A stretch of 64,000 bases of DNA, taken from the NCBI GenBank assembly GCA_963721455.1, contig CAVRJG010000021.1, forward strand, positions 8,631 through 72,630, given 5' to 3'. The notes under the pieces are model-generated. The model ran no database searches. It saw nothing but the letters and a program-made list of their open reading frames with translations, and was not told the DNA's origin. Source of the DNA: an uncultured Methanosarcinaceae archaeon (lineage in GTDB: Archaea > Halobacteriota > Methanosarcinia > Methanosarcinales > Methanosarcinaceae). The stretch's first letter is position 1. Every line of letters starts with the position of its first letter. Both the position numbers and the translations under genes were made by a program. Shown piece after piece: positions 1 to 10,414 of this stretch.

Positions 1-1
1 C

Positions 2-688
2 AGCGGCGACTATGTAAAAGGCTACAAAGATGGCCATAAAGATGGACTTAAAAACGGCTACAAAGACGGCTATAAAGGCAACGACAAAAAAGACGATAAA
101 GACAGCGATTCCGGCAACAAACACTACAAAAAAGGCTACAAAGACGGATATAAAGACGGCTACGATAAAGGCTACGATATAGGCAAGAGCGACAAGAAAT
201 TCGATGACGATATGAAGAAAGCCGAAGACGATATGAAGAAAGCCGAAGACGATAAGAAAAAAGCCGAAGACGATAAGAAAAAAGCCGACGATGATCACAA
301 GAAATTCGACGACGATCACAAAAAAGCCGACAGCGATAAAGAATCAGACAGTGACAAAAAAGCAGACAGTGAGGACAAACCCTCATTTGAACACCCCCAA
401 GATAGCGACGACAAATCCGCACCTGAACACCTCCAAGGTAACGACTACAAGCCCTCATTTGAACACTCTCAAGACAGCGACGACAAATCCGCACCTGAAC
501 ACCTCCAAGGTAACGACTACAAGCCCTCATTTGAACACTCTCAAGACAGCGACGACAAATCCGCACCTGAACACCTTCAAAGTAACGACTACAAGCCCTC
601 ATTTGAACACTCTCAAGACAGCACCGACAAACCCTCATTTGAACACTACCAAAATAGCAACTACAACCCCAAAGGATATCACCACTGA
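2..688 (+). CDS. 5'-truncated low-complexity repeat protein (GYKDG repeats, K/D-rich stretch, 24-aa KPSFEHSQDSDDKSAPEHLQGNDY repeats)
   Basis: Frame 2 is open from the window start and in frame with ORF 212..688. Reads DYVKGYKDGHKDGLKNGYKDGYKG..., then about 3.5 copies of a 72-nt repeat. Start lies upstream of the window. Confidence 0.75.
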   Translation, partial: SGDYVKGYKDGHKDGLKNGYKDGYKGNDKKDDKDSDSGNKHYKKGYKDGYKDGYDKGYDIGKSDKKFDDDMKKAEDDMKKAEDDKKKAEDDKKKADDDHKKFDDDHKKADSDKESDSDKKADSEDKPSFEHPQDSDDKSAPEHLQGNDYKPSFEHSQDSDDKSAPEHLQGNDYKPSFEHSQDSDDKSAPEHLQSNDYKPSFEHSQDSTDKPSFEHYQNSNYNPKGYHH

Positions 689-733
689 TACCCTTGTGGC
701 TTTGTATTGAACATAAGTTGGGGAAGTAGACAA

Positions 734-832
734 ATGGGAAAAACATTTGACAGAATAAAAAAGGCGCTTGCTGTTTTGCTGTTAAATGTAAAACCGGTGA
801 CGACTCATCTCCTGATAGGACTCACGCACTAA
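734..832 (+). pseudogene. Truncated signal-peptide remnant (MGKTFDRIKKALAVLLL...)
   Basis: ATG after a purine-rich RBS-like stretch. The N-terminus resembles the MGKFGIKKTLSIF signal peptides at 35.6-40.8 kb, and the frame runs into a MITE-like element at 816. Confidence 0.4.
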
Positions 833-1015
833 GGACAAAACAACGTACGAGTATATTCTTCAGAATATTATTGGATATTTGAAGGTTTAATGCTATCGGA
901 TTTACATAGTTGAGTTGAGAAATCATAGCATTAAACCATAAACTCTTTAAAATACAGGTTTTAACCAACAACGTCTATTGTGCTTGATTTTGTACACAAA
1001 ATGCGTATAGTCCTA
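816..1015. mobile_element. MITE-like element with TAGGACTxACGCA-type terminal inverted repeats
   Basis: taggactcacgca (816-828) and tgcgtatagtccta (1002-1015) form an imperfect inverted repeat. Internal perfect 13-bp IR ggtttaatgctat (884-896) / atagcattaaacc (925-937). No transposase. Confidence 0.55.
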
Positions 1016-1185
1016 GTACATCGATTCCATACATCCTCAATAAACCACGGATAAACACAGATTAACACAGTTGGTTTCAATTCGTGTTTATCCGTTTCCG
1101 TCTATGGTTTTTTATGGGATACTCATTTACCAGTGTTGATTTCAAAGTCTAGTTTTAGTTCCATAATTTGGAATCGATGCACTAG
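1013..1185. mobile_element. MITE-like element with 17-bp terminal inverted repeats
   Basis: ctagtacatcgattcca (1013-1029) / tggaatcgatgcactag (1169-1185), one mismatch. Internal IR cggataaacac / gtgtttatccg. Confidence 0.6.
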
Positions 1186-1624
1186 CTTGTATCATATGCA
1201 TCCCTTGTCACACTATATGCACACGTCGCATATAAAACTATATCTTATCAATGAGATTATGCCAACTGTAACATATTCCATGCAGTAAGTTGTTCCTTAA
1301 TATCCCTTCGGATCCCCCGCGAAATAACATAGGCAACTTTTTAAGCTGTACTCAACCATTTTCACAAGCAATCTCATCGATTTAATTCCAAAATAATTAC
1401 GTTTTGCATAGGTTATTTCGTAACGAGTCCTAAGATAACCCTCTAAATTGCAGTTCGCCTGTGATTTCCATTTTCTAGCTTCTTTCCCTGTCATTTGAGA
1501 GGATTTTCATGGGAAAAACAGTTGTATATTTCCTTATTTCCGACACTTGTTTTTCAGGAAAGCAGCTACTTTTGTTCCTCTTCACTCAACAAATATATAT
1601 CACTGCTAAAAGTATCTTTTACCC

Positions 1625-2959
1625 ATGACTCTTGAGCCCGTGCATATGCATAAGATCTCGGAGCTTGCAAAGAGGATTGACCGGTCATTTGAGCTTGAGG
1701 AGCCGAAGACGGCGGCGGATATTTATTCGCTGCTTGAGGAGTTGAAGCTCGATGGGAAGGTCATCCTTAAGGCCATCGGCAGACTCTTCCGGGGGATTGT
1801 AAGGACTGAGCTTATGGCACAGGGCGAAGACCCGTATCCGGTAACTTATGCCTGTGACAGCGGGAGTACTAATCCCCTGACTTATGACAGCGGGCTTTTT
1901 GTGGACTTCTGCCACTGCGGGATGGCTGCAACACCTACTAACCTCGATATCCACAGATGCAGGACAATAGTATGTGCTGCTTATTCTTCTTCCCAGAGGG
2001 TAGCTATGCAGGCTACATCAGGCTGGGAAACCTTCGATGAAGGGCTCGGAAGGGCAAAACTGGTTACAATTGCTCCTGACGAGCTGAAAAGAAAGGCTCC
2101 TGACATGGTGCACAGTTTTGCCATGTACCTGGCAGAATCCGAGCATATTCTTTTCATGAAAGACATGATGGAGCCGGAGAGCTTTTTCATAATGGACGGG
2201 CCGATTTACCCAAAACAGCTCATGTACTGGATGGTGCTGGATGACGAGGACGTAAAAGTCCGGCAGAACAATGATGCCCGGAAAATCCTCCAGAATTACA
2301 TCGATATCATGGACCATTTTCTGGAAAAGCGGACGCCTGTGATCGGGTTTGTAAAAAATCCTACTGACGTGCAGATTATGGACAGCGTCCGGAAGAAAAA
2401 GGAAGCCTTCGACCTGCCCTGGATGCTTGATTCCCAGTTTTTCCGGAATCTTCTCTCTCCCGAAAAAATTGATAGCATGTCCGGGCACGGTGGAAGTAAT
2501 TCGAAAAATAACGGGAAGAACGGCAAGAATACCGGTTCCGGGAATGCTTACATTACTTACACTAACTGGTTCTTGCAACCCAACAGGTTTTATGAGAGGC
2601 TGCTGAATGGGACTTCACCCCTCGCAGCCGCCGATATGCTCCAGCAGAAACTCAGGCACAGTTTTTCACCTGAGGATTATGCCCTTTGTTTTTTCATGCT
2701 TTATGTGCCCTCTAAGGATGTGGTCTTCAAGGTCGAAGCCCCTTACGGGCTTGTTAAGGATGATTTCCTCCGCATGCAAATTACCAAAAAAGTGCTCTTT
2801 GACCTTTCTCTGCATGGTTTTCCCCTTGCCCTCACAAAGGCAGACCATCTCGCAAAAATCAGAAAAGTAGAGAGGCAAGAGATCAATAAATTCTTTGAAA
2901 ACATGAATCCCGATATCGCTTATAATGACACTCGGTGGGGTAAGATCAATGAAATATGA
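1625..2959 (+). CDS. nurA: NurA-family nuclease
   Basis: 444 aa with ACDSGS, IMDGPIY and GFVK motifs and a C-terminal GFPxALxxADxxA motif; overlaps a HerA-like gene. Confidence 0.85.
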   Translation: MTLEPVHMHKISELAKRIDRSFELEEPKTAADIYSLLEELKLDGKVILKAIGRLFRGIVRTELMAQGEDPYPVTYACDSGSTNPLTYDSGLFVDFCHCGMAATPTNLDIHRCRTIVCAAYSSSQRVAMQATSGWETFDEGLGRAKLVTIAPDELKRKAPDMVHSFAMYLAESEHILFMKDMMEPESFFIMDGPIYPKQLMYWMVLDDEDVKVRQNNDARKILQNYIDIMDHFLEKRTPVIGFVKNPTDVQIMDSVRKKKEAFDLPWMLDSQFFRNLLSPEKIDSMSGHGGSNSKNNGKNGKNTGSGNAYITYTNWFLQPNRFYERLLNGTSPLAAADMLQQKLRHSFSPEDYALCFFMLYVPSKDVVFKVEAPYGLVKDDFLRMQITKKVLFDLSLHGFPLALTKADHLAKIRKVERQEINKFFENMNPDIAYNDTRWGKINEI

Positions 2960-5081
2960 AGATGCCGATATTCTGGCTTTTGTCTCCGACCGGCCTAAAA
3001 AGGATCTGGCTCCTCAAATGAATTCAGGAGCAGAAGGAAATGCAGGCTTGAAAGATAGCCCTGAAGAAGGAAATCCTGAAAATAAGACGAGAGATAGCGC
3101 CGTGAATTCCCCTGAAGGTGCTCCTGATCTGGTTTCAATGCTCACACCTGACACACCTGAAAAATTGCAGGCCTCTTTACCCGAAGCTCTGAGGAAAGAT
3201 TCTCCGGAAAACGTATCTGAAATTATTTCAAAAACCGCATCAGACGCTCTTTCTGGCTCTTCGGAAGCCGTTTTCGAAACTGCGTCGCTGTCTTTTCCAG
3301 AAACCTCTCCTGAATCTCATGCTTTCAGGCATTCCGAAAAAGAAAGCCTTCCCTTCGAAGCCTTTGCCGGTTACGATGACGGCGTCTTGAAAGTTTCCTC
3401 ATCTTCAGAAGCCTTCGGGATTGTCACCGCAGGGATAGACCCTCTCGAAATCACCCCTTCAGGAGCAGTAATCACTGGCTATATCACATCTGCCAGGCGG
3501 AATGAGATCAGGCTCGGGACGTATGTTGTCGTACCCTATGAGAGTGGAGAAAAGCTCTTTGCCAGGGTAGGAAAACTCCAGTACAGGCAGGAGTTTGTGG
3601 TAGATGATGCAACTGAGATTCATTCGAGGCGTATGCTCAGTGCCCGTGCAAGCCCTGTAAATGAAGAAGATTACAAGTTCCTTGCCTGCCTTGATCCGCT
3701 CTGCATCCTGTACCGGAAGAACGAAGGCGCACTCACCCGGCGGATGGCAGACAGAATTCCCCGCCCTAACACTCCTATCCTGCCTGTCACTGACAGGCTT
3801 GAGGTCCAAACAGGGCTTAATATTCCTGAAGAGGGTATTTTTCTCGGGCACCTCAGTGTTGGGGGAGAACTTTTAAAAACCCATTCCGAGCCCGAAACGG
3901 TTGCATATTACCTCCGAAATGACTATTCAATGGGTGATCCCCTTATTTTCAGGCACATGCTGATCTGCGGGAGCACAGGGACAGGAAAGACCTTCCTCTC
4001 AAAAAATATCCTCCGCCAGTTCATGGCAGAAAATAACAGGTACAGGCTGCGGAGTTCTCCTGATAAGGCCTGGAAAAATCCCTGCCTGGTGATTATGGAC
4101 CCTCAGGATGAATATTCCCAGCTTTTTGAGGACAACGAGACCCTTAATGAGGACGATAAATTCGGGTTCGAATCCGAAAATGTGACTTACGGCCGGGTCC
4201 GGTCTACGAAAGCTTTTGTAGCAAAGGTCGGTGGGCAGAAATATCCGGGAGACAAATCAAGAGCCGAGCAGATCGAGTTTACTATTCCTTTTTCCCTTGT
4301 GGAGCATAACTCATGGCTTATTGCAGCAGCCGGGATGTCCGAACTCCAGTACATAGGGCTTGAAGTGCTTCTTGGGGATTTCTTCAAGTCAAGCGTGCCC
4401 CATACATACCTGAATTTCCTTGACCATATTGAGAATGAAGGTACCCGTTCCTACTACGTTGACAGCGGGAAGCTGCATGAGTCCTCGTATGATGGGATTG
4501 CCAGGAGAGTAAAGAGCAAATTCTTCTCGAAGGTCTTTGATCAGGATGCAACCTCAATTACCGATATTCTGGGCAGGATATTCAAGCCAGGGCAGATTTC
4601 GGTTTTTCCTACGGAATACATAAGCGCTCCGAGAATCCGGGACCTTATAGTGCTTACAATCATGAGCCTGACCGTGGACAACAAGCTCAGCACATCGGGA
4701 GAGGATGCAATAAAGGAAACCCCAATCATTCTTGCGCTGGATGAAGCTCACCGCTACCTCTCGAGGGCAAGCGGGGAACATGCCCGCCTTATCATCTCCC
4801 GTTTTGCAGATGCAGCCCGCCAGGGCAGAAAAGAAGGGTTGGGGCTCTTTTTGATCACCCAGGATCCCCAGGATATAGATGACACTGTTTTCAAACAGAT
4901 CAATACAAAACTGATCCTTAACCTCAATAATGACGCAGCTATTACATCTCTAAAAGTTCCGAAAGAATATGAGCGGAGAATTCCCTATCTTAAGAAAGGA
5001 CAAATGATAATTCATTCCCCGGATAACAGTGATATTGTAGAAATAGTCGGGCTTTCAAATTGTGTAGTCAGGCACCGTTGA
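2949..5081 (+). CDS. herA: HerA-like ATPase/helicase (HAS barrel plus P-loop) with a low-complexity N-terminal extension
   Basis: Walker A GSTGTGKT, DPQDEY, Walker B LALDEAH, arginine finger ARQGRK, ITQDP. Likely start is ATG 2949 (MKYED). Confidence 0.85.
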   Translation: MKYEDADILAFVSDRPKKDLAPQMNSGAEGNAGLKDSPEEGNPENKTRDSAVNSPEGAPDLVSMLTPDTPEKLQASLPEALRKDSPENVSEIISKTASDALSGSSEAVFETASLSFPETSPESHAFRHSEKESLPFEAFAGYDDGVLKVSSSSEAFGIVTAGIDPLEITPSGAVITGYITSARRNEIRLGTYVVVPYESGEKLFARVGKLQYRQEFVVDDATEIHSRRMLSARASPVNEEDYKFLACLDPLCILYRKNEGALTRRMADRIPRPNTPILPVTDRLEVQTGLNIPEEGIFLGHLSVGGELLKTHSEPETVAYYLRNDYSMGDPLIFRHMLICGSTGTGKTFLSKNILRQFMAENNRYRLRSSPDKAWKNPCLVIMDPQDEYSQLFEDNETLNEDDKFGFESENVTYGRVRSTKAFVAKVGGQKYPGDKSRAEQIEFTIPFSLVEHNSWLIAAAGMSELQYIGLEVLLGDFFKSSVPHTYLNFLDHIENEGTRSYYVDSGKLHESSYDGIARRVKSKFFSKVFDQDATSITDILGRIFKPGQISVFPTEYISAPRIRDLIVLTIMSLTVDNKLSTSGEDAIKETPIILALDEAHRYLSRASGEHARLIISRFADAARQGRKEGLGLFLITQDPQDIDDTVFKQINTKLILNLNNDAAITSLKVPKEYERRIPYLKKGQMIIHSPDNSDIVEIVGLSNCVVRHR

Positions 5082-5396
5082 TCTCCTTCAGGCACGAAAT
5101 TTAGACCTGTCTCCGAAGAATCCGTTTGCCTGATGTATTTTTATAAATTTGTATTGTGATGGAATTGATAGCGGAAAAAATGTGAAAATCGAGAAAATCC
5201 AGTGCGGAAAATGAGGTTAAATATCACCGGAATAAATCCCGGATGGTTTACGTTCCATCACCTGAAGGGAAATTACCTTTCATTCGTATTTGAATTCCAG
5301 GCAAGTTCCCCAGCAGCCGGGATTCGAAAAAAAATTCTTATTTTTCTTCTATTTCTTCCGCTCCGGTATTTCTTTTTGTTTTTCAATTTAAGATGT

Positions 5397-7436
5397 TCAT
5401 TTATTTTTCACTGTTATGTATCCACACATAGTTTTAGTGTTACTGCCCTTAGCATTTTTTGCCGTCAGGGTAACAGTGTATTTTCCGGCTTTACCGTATG
5501 TGTGTGCAGGATTCTTCTGGGTTGAATATGTTTTATCTCCAAAACTCCATCTCCATGAAGTTGGGGAGCCTGTGCTTTTGTCAGTAAACTGAACCTTCAA
5601 CGGCGCCTTTCCTGAAGTTCCGGATGCAGACAAAGCGGCAACAGGAGCTTTCAAAGCGGCTGCAATATTTATATAACTTGATTTTTTTACTGCATTACTT
5701 CCTGCTGAATTCTTTACTGTTAAAGTGACGGTATATTTTCCAGCTTTTGAATATTTATGCTTCGGATTTTTGGCTGTTGAATATGTCCCATCTCCGAAAC
5801 TCCAGTTCCGTGCAGCAGGAATCCCTGTGCTTTTGTCAGTAAAACCAACAACCAGGGGTACGTTTCCTGAAGTAACATTACTGCTGAAATTTGCAACGGG
5901 TTTTTGCGGAACTGCTTCAACCTTTACATAACTGGACTTTGTTTTCGTACCTGTGCCAGCCAGATTGGTTGCTGTGAGTGTTACTGTATAATTTCCAGCT
6001 TTTGAATATTTATGCTTCGGATTTTTGGCTGTTGAATATGTCCCATCTCCGAAACTCCAGTTCCGTGCAGCAGGAATCCCTGTGCTTTTGTCAGTAAAAC
6101 CAACAACCAGGGGTACGTTTCCTGAGGTAATATTACTGCTGAAATTTGCAACGGGTTTTTGCGGAACTGCTTCAACCTTTATATAACTGGACTTTGTTTT
6201 CGTACCTGTGCCAGCCAGATTGGTTGCTGTGAGTGTTACTGTATAATTTCCAGCTTTTGAATATTTATGCTTCGGATTTTTGGCTGTTGAATATGTCCCA
6301 TCTCCGAAACTCCAGTTCCGTGCAGCTGGAATCCCTGTGCTTTTGTCAGTAAAACTGACATTAAGGGGCGCCTTTCCTGAGGTTGGGGATGCAGAAAACT
6401 CCAAAACCGGTTTTTGAGGAGTTATATTAAGAGTGTAGATCCCATAGTTTTCCCCCCTATTAGAACGAAAAGCGATTTTTGTACCATCAGGGCTCCACAC
6501 CGGACTCGAATCAGATGCCGGATCTGTTGTTAATTGCAATTTGTTTTTCCCGTTTGCATCCATAACCCATATATCCTTATTTCCGGCTGTGTCAGACTCA
6601 AATACAATTTTGCTTCCATCAGGTGAGAAAACAGGAGAGAGGTAATTTGCCGCATCTGAGGTAAGCTGAGTTTTTCCGGTCCCATTGATATTTATAGTGT
6701 ATATGCTCCAGTTTCCATTTTCCTGGGAATAATATACTATTTGCGAACCGTTTGGAGACCATGCCTGCGACTGCCAGGATTGAGTCTGATGAACTAAATT
6801 TCCCGGAGACAGTTCAGTACTATTTTTTTGATCTAAATTTAGGACCCTGATGTAATACTCTTGATCAATATATGCTATCTTTGATGCATCAGGTGAGAAA
6901 GCAATACAGCCAATAATGCCTTTAGTACCAAATTCATGTTTATCGGACCCGTCTGGATCAATTACTCCATAATTAATCCCCATATCATCATAAACAGTAG
7001 CATAAGCTATTTTCGAGCCTGAAGGAAACCAGGTGCATGAGTACCGTATTTTCAATTCCGAATTCATTAATTGTGTTTTTCCCGACCCATTTGCATTCAT
7101 TACCCATACTTCGCCAGAAGTTTCCATTTCAGGTCCACCGACAGTATATAAAATCTTACTTCCATCTGGGGACCATGAATAATCTACCGGCTCTGCCGGG
7201 GTCAACTTTGTTTCTCCTGTACCATTTGAAAGTGCCTTATATAACCCCCCATCTCTTACGAAAAGGATTTCATTCCCGGCTGGAGACCAAACCGGGTTCG
7301 AATCGGACGTAACGTTAGATGTAATCTTTGTTAACGTGTCAACTTGCAGTGCACCAGCCACTGTTACATTCGATGCAATAACCACCAGGAAAGTAAAAAA
7401 TATTGACAGGCAAATTGCTTTTGGATTCATTTTCAC
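5397..7436 (-). CDS. Secreted surface protein: TolB-like (PD40) beta-propeller plus four PKD domains
   Basis: Signal peptide, repeated (W/F)SPDGxKI motifs, four PKD repeats (FTDKSTG...WSFGD...H.Y.KAG.YTV.LT). Confidence 0.9.
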   Translation of the reverse strand: MKMNPKAICLSIFFTFLVVIASNVTVAGALQVDTLTKITSNVTSDSNPVWSPAGNEILFVRDGGLYKALSNGTGETKLTPAEPVDYSWSPDGSKILYTVGGPEMETSGEVWVMNANGSGKTQLMNSELKIRYSCTWFPSGSKIAYATVYDDMGINYGVIDPDGSDKHEFGTKGIIGCIAFSPDASKIAYIDQEYYIRVLNLDQKNSTELSPGNLVHQTQSWQSQAWSPNGSQIVYYSQENGNWSIYTININGTGKTQLTSDAANYLSPVFSPDGSKIVFESDTAGNKDIWVMDANGKNKLQLTTDPASDSSPVWSPDGTKIAFRSNRGENYGIYTLNITPQKPVLEFSASPTSGKAPLNVSFTDKSTGIPAARNWSFGDGTYSTAKNPKHKYSKAGNYTVTLTATNLAGTGTKTKSSYIKVEAVPQKPVANFSSNITSGNVPLVVGFTDKSTGIPAARNWSFGDGTYSTAKNPKHKYSKAGNYTVTLTATNLAGTGTKTKSSYVKVEAVPQKPVANFSSNVTSGNVPLVVGFTDKSTGIPAARNWSFGDGTYSTAKNPKHKYSKAGKYTVTLTVKNSAGSNAVKKSSYINIAAALKAPVAALSASGTSGKAPLKVQFTDKSTGSPTSWRWSFGDKTYSTQKNPAHTYGKAGKYTVTLTAKNAKGSNTKTMCGYITVKNK
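5737..6353. repeat. Near-identical 255-bp tandem repeats encoding PKD domains
   Basis: cagcttttgaatatttatgcttcgg recurs at 5741, 5996 and 6251 (period 255 nt, 85 aa). Confidence 0.9.
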
Positions 7437-8140
7437 GATATTCCCTCACTCTCATCAAGTACAGGTATTCTTATTTTCATGAACTACCGGGTAGCCGGAG
7501 AATTTATCATGCCAGCGAAAAAATTGTCTCTATCCCTTTACTAAGATCCATGAAAATAATTTAACAGAACCTGCTGTTTTTCTAGATTATTTGTCAGGTT
7601 AAAACCCATTGAAGAGATTAGCTTTCATTTGCTTTCGGTTATACAAATTGCTAAAAATGTGCAATTTTTTATAGCACTTTGTGTAAACCAGAAGTTAGAA
7701 ACGTGTATGTATTATCGTTTTGAGTAGTCGCTTCAGGCCAGATAAATTCTTTACCTGAATACAAATTAATGAGTTTTACCCCCGTTTCACTCTTTTTCAG
7801 CCTTCATAGAATGCTGTAAAATGTAAAGCTTTAATTTACTTTATGTGTCAAAATGATATATAACTCTTACTAAATTTTATAATGGAGTGAATATGGCCCG
7901 GTTTTCTCATATTTTCTTTCACATATGTCCTGAAGTGTAATTTTTTAATTATAAATCATGCTTCCCAAACTTGTGAAAAAAAGGTTGAGGGGGGTGATTA
8001 TTAAAAAACAGCAGGTAAAAAAATAGCTCTTAAAGCTGACCAGATGAAGAAAACATATCCGTCTTGCCAGATTTAATCAATAACTCCCCCACTCCCCTTT
8101 AGCCAGGTCCTTTATTAATTTTTCAGTCTAATTTACTCGT

Positions 8141-9466
8141 TTATTTTTTAGAGACTGTGATATGTTCACGAATGGTTTTAGTGCTACTGCCTTTAGCATT
8201 CTTTACTGTTAAGCTGACAGTATATTTTCCGGCTTTACTGTATGTGTGTGCAGGACTCTTTTGTGTTGAAGTTGTGCCGTCTCCAAAAGTCCATTTCCAT
8301 GATGTGGGTACTCCAGTGCTTTTGTCAGTAAAACTGACTTTCAGCGGCTTATTTCCTGAAGTTGGGGATGTGGAGAAGGCCGCAACAGGTATTTTTTCGT
8401 TTTCTAGAGTAAGAGTGTATATGCTATTGTTTCCCCCTCTATCAGACCAAAAAGCAATTTTTTTACCATCTGGACTCCACACCGGAAATGAATCAGATGC
8501 CGAATCTGATGTTACCTGCACTTTGTTTTTTCCATCGGCATCCATAACCCATATATCTTCACTTCCGGTCTTATCCGATAAAAATACAATTTTACTCCCA
8601 TCAGGTGAAAAAATAGGTGAATCATCATTTGCCGAATCTGAGGTAAGCTGAGTTTTTCCGGTACCATCGGCTTTTACAGTATATATTTCTGATTTTCCAT
8701 CTTCAGAATAGAATTCATCTCCAGCATAGTATACTATTTTTGAACCATCTGGAGACCAGATCTGTGACTGCCAGGATTGAGTTTGATGAACAATTAATCC
8801 GGGCCGAAATTTAGTCAAATCTTGACCTAACCTCCCGATGTCGATAGAATAGTCACTGGCAGCCGCTCCATGCGCACAAATTGCTATATTTGATGCATCA
8901 GGTGACAAGGCAATACCGCTAGCAATGCCCATGTAACCGAGTTCATGTTTATCGGATCCATCCGGATCAATTTCCCAATAAGGGCCCCCAATCTCTTCAT
9001 AAATATCAGCGTAGAGTATTTTTGAACCTGTGGGAAACCATGTGTATATATAATAATATCTGTACCACACTGTATCGAGCAATTGGGTTTTTCCTGTCCC
9101 ATCTGCATTCATTACCCATAAATCACTCCGGGGCCCATCAATGCCATCATATCTGTTTTTAATGTATGAAATTTTGCTCCCATCAGGGGACCATGCATAA
9201 CCGGATGTAAAATTACCTCCCTCTGCAGAGGTAAGCCTGGTTTCTCCTGAACCATCTGAAAATACTTTGTACAGCCCATCTCCCCTTGAGAAAAGAATTT
9301 CCTTCCCATCCGGAGACCAAACCGGATTTGAATCGTGCGCAACATTGGATGCCACTTTTGTTAATTTCCCAGCTTCTAAGGCATCAGCTACTGCTACGTT
9401 TGATGCCACAACCACCATAAAAGTAAAAACGATTGATAGAAAAATTACTTTTGGATTGGTTTTCAC
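8141..9466 (-). CDS. Secreted surface protein: TolB-like beta-propeller plus one PKD domain (paralog of 5397..7436)
   Basis: Same architecture and shared motif VHQTQSWQSQ. GTG start at 9466 after a GAGGT RBS. Confidence 0.9.
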   Translation of the reverse strand: MKTNPKVIFLSIVFTFMVVVASNVAVADALEAGKLTKVASNVAHDSNPVWSPDGKEILFSRGDGLYKVFSDGSGETRLTSAEGGNFTSGYAWSPDGSKISYIKNRYDGIDGPRSDLWVMNADGTGKTQLLDTVWYRYYYIYTWFPTGSKILYADIYEEIGGPYWEIDPDGSDKHELGYMGIASGIALSPDASNIAICAHGAAASDYSIDIGRLGQDLTKFRPGLIVHQTQSWQSQIWSPDGSKIVYYAGDEFYSEDGKSEIYTVKADGTGKTQLTSDSANDDSPIFSPDGSKIVFLSDKTGSEDIWVMDADGKNKVQVTSDSASDSFPVWSPDGKKIAFWSDRGGNNSIYTLTLENEKIPVAAFSTSPTSGNKPLKVSFTDKSTGVPTSWKWTFGDGTTSTQKSPAHTYSKAGKYTVSLTVKNAKGSSTKTIREHITVSKK

Positions 9467-10280
9467 TAAATACCTCCATTTCAACAAATCCAGATATTCT
9501 TATTTTCATAAACCCCGGGAGGAGAATTTTGTCCTGCCAGCGAAAGATTATTTGCCTTTCCCTAACTCAAATTCATAAAAAATAACTAAGAGAACCTGCT
9601 GTTTTTCCAGATTATTTGCCAGGCTAAAAATTATGAAAGACATGAATTTTTATTTGTGTTAGGTTAAAATACACAATGCCAGGAATGTATTATTTTTTAT
9701 AGCAATTTGTGTAAACCAAAAGTTAGAAACTTGTATGTAATGTTATTTTGAGTATTTATTTTGGGTAACTAAATTTTTCACCCGAATACAAATTAATGAA
9801 TTTTATCCTCGTTTTGCCATTTTTTAGTGTTTATGTGATGTTGCAGGATATGGAACTTTAACTTATCTAATATGCTAAAAAGCATATAAATTTTCCTTAA
9901 TTATATTAAAATTAGGCATAATATGACTCAGTTCCACTTTCTTTTTTACATCTCTGGAGATATGTTATGATTATAATTCATACATTTCCGGTTAAGTGAG
10001 GAATCACGATAAACTCCACTAATTCTTCAAAAAAGAAATTTACTGAAAATAAAATAAGGATGCCTCATTTTTTATTTGATAAATCTCACAGTCCATCGAA
10101 CAATGAAGTAAAAAATGGGGAAAATAGATGAACCGGAAAGAGATTAAGAGATTCCAGGATTGAATAAAAACGAGATTGACCGGATAAGAGTAAAAAGAGG
10201 TAGAAGTTAAAAAGGATATAACTAAAAAGAGATAAAAGCTAAAAAATGCATAATCTCGGACATAATAGTTCTGTAGAGAT

Positions 10281-10330
10281 AAACTATGAGGAAAAATAAA
10301 CTATGAGGAAAAACAAACTATGTGGAAAAA
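10281..10330. repeat. 17-bp tandem repeat x3 (aaactatgaggaaaaat)
   Basis: Directly visible, just 3' of tRNA-Pro. Confidence 0.7.
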
Positions 10331-10339
10331 ATACGTAGA

Positions 10340-10414
10340 TGGGATAGCGCGGATTTGAACCGCGGTCCAAGCGTCCCAAACGCTCGAGGATGGACCAAGC
10401 TACCCTACTATCCC
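10340..10414 (-). tRNA. tRNA-Pro (UGG)
   Basis: Reverse complement GGGATAGTAGGGTAGCTTGGTCCATCCTCGAGCGTTTGGGACGCTTGGACCGCGGTTCAAATCCGCGCTATCCCA folds as a cloverleaf with anticodon TGG and a GTTCAAATC T-loop. Confidence 0.95.
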
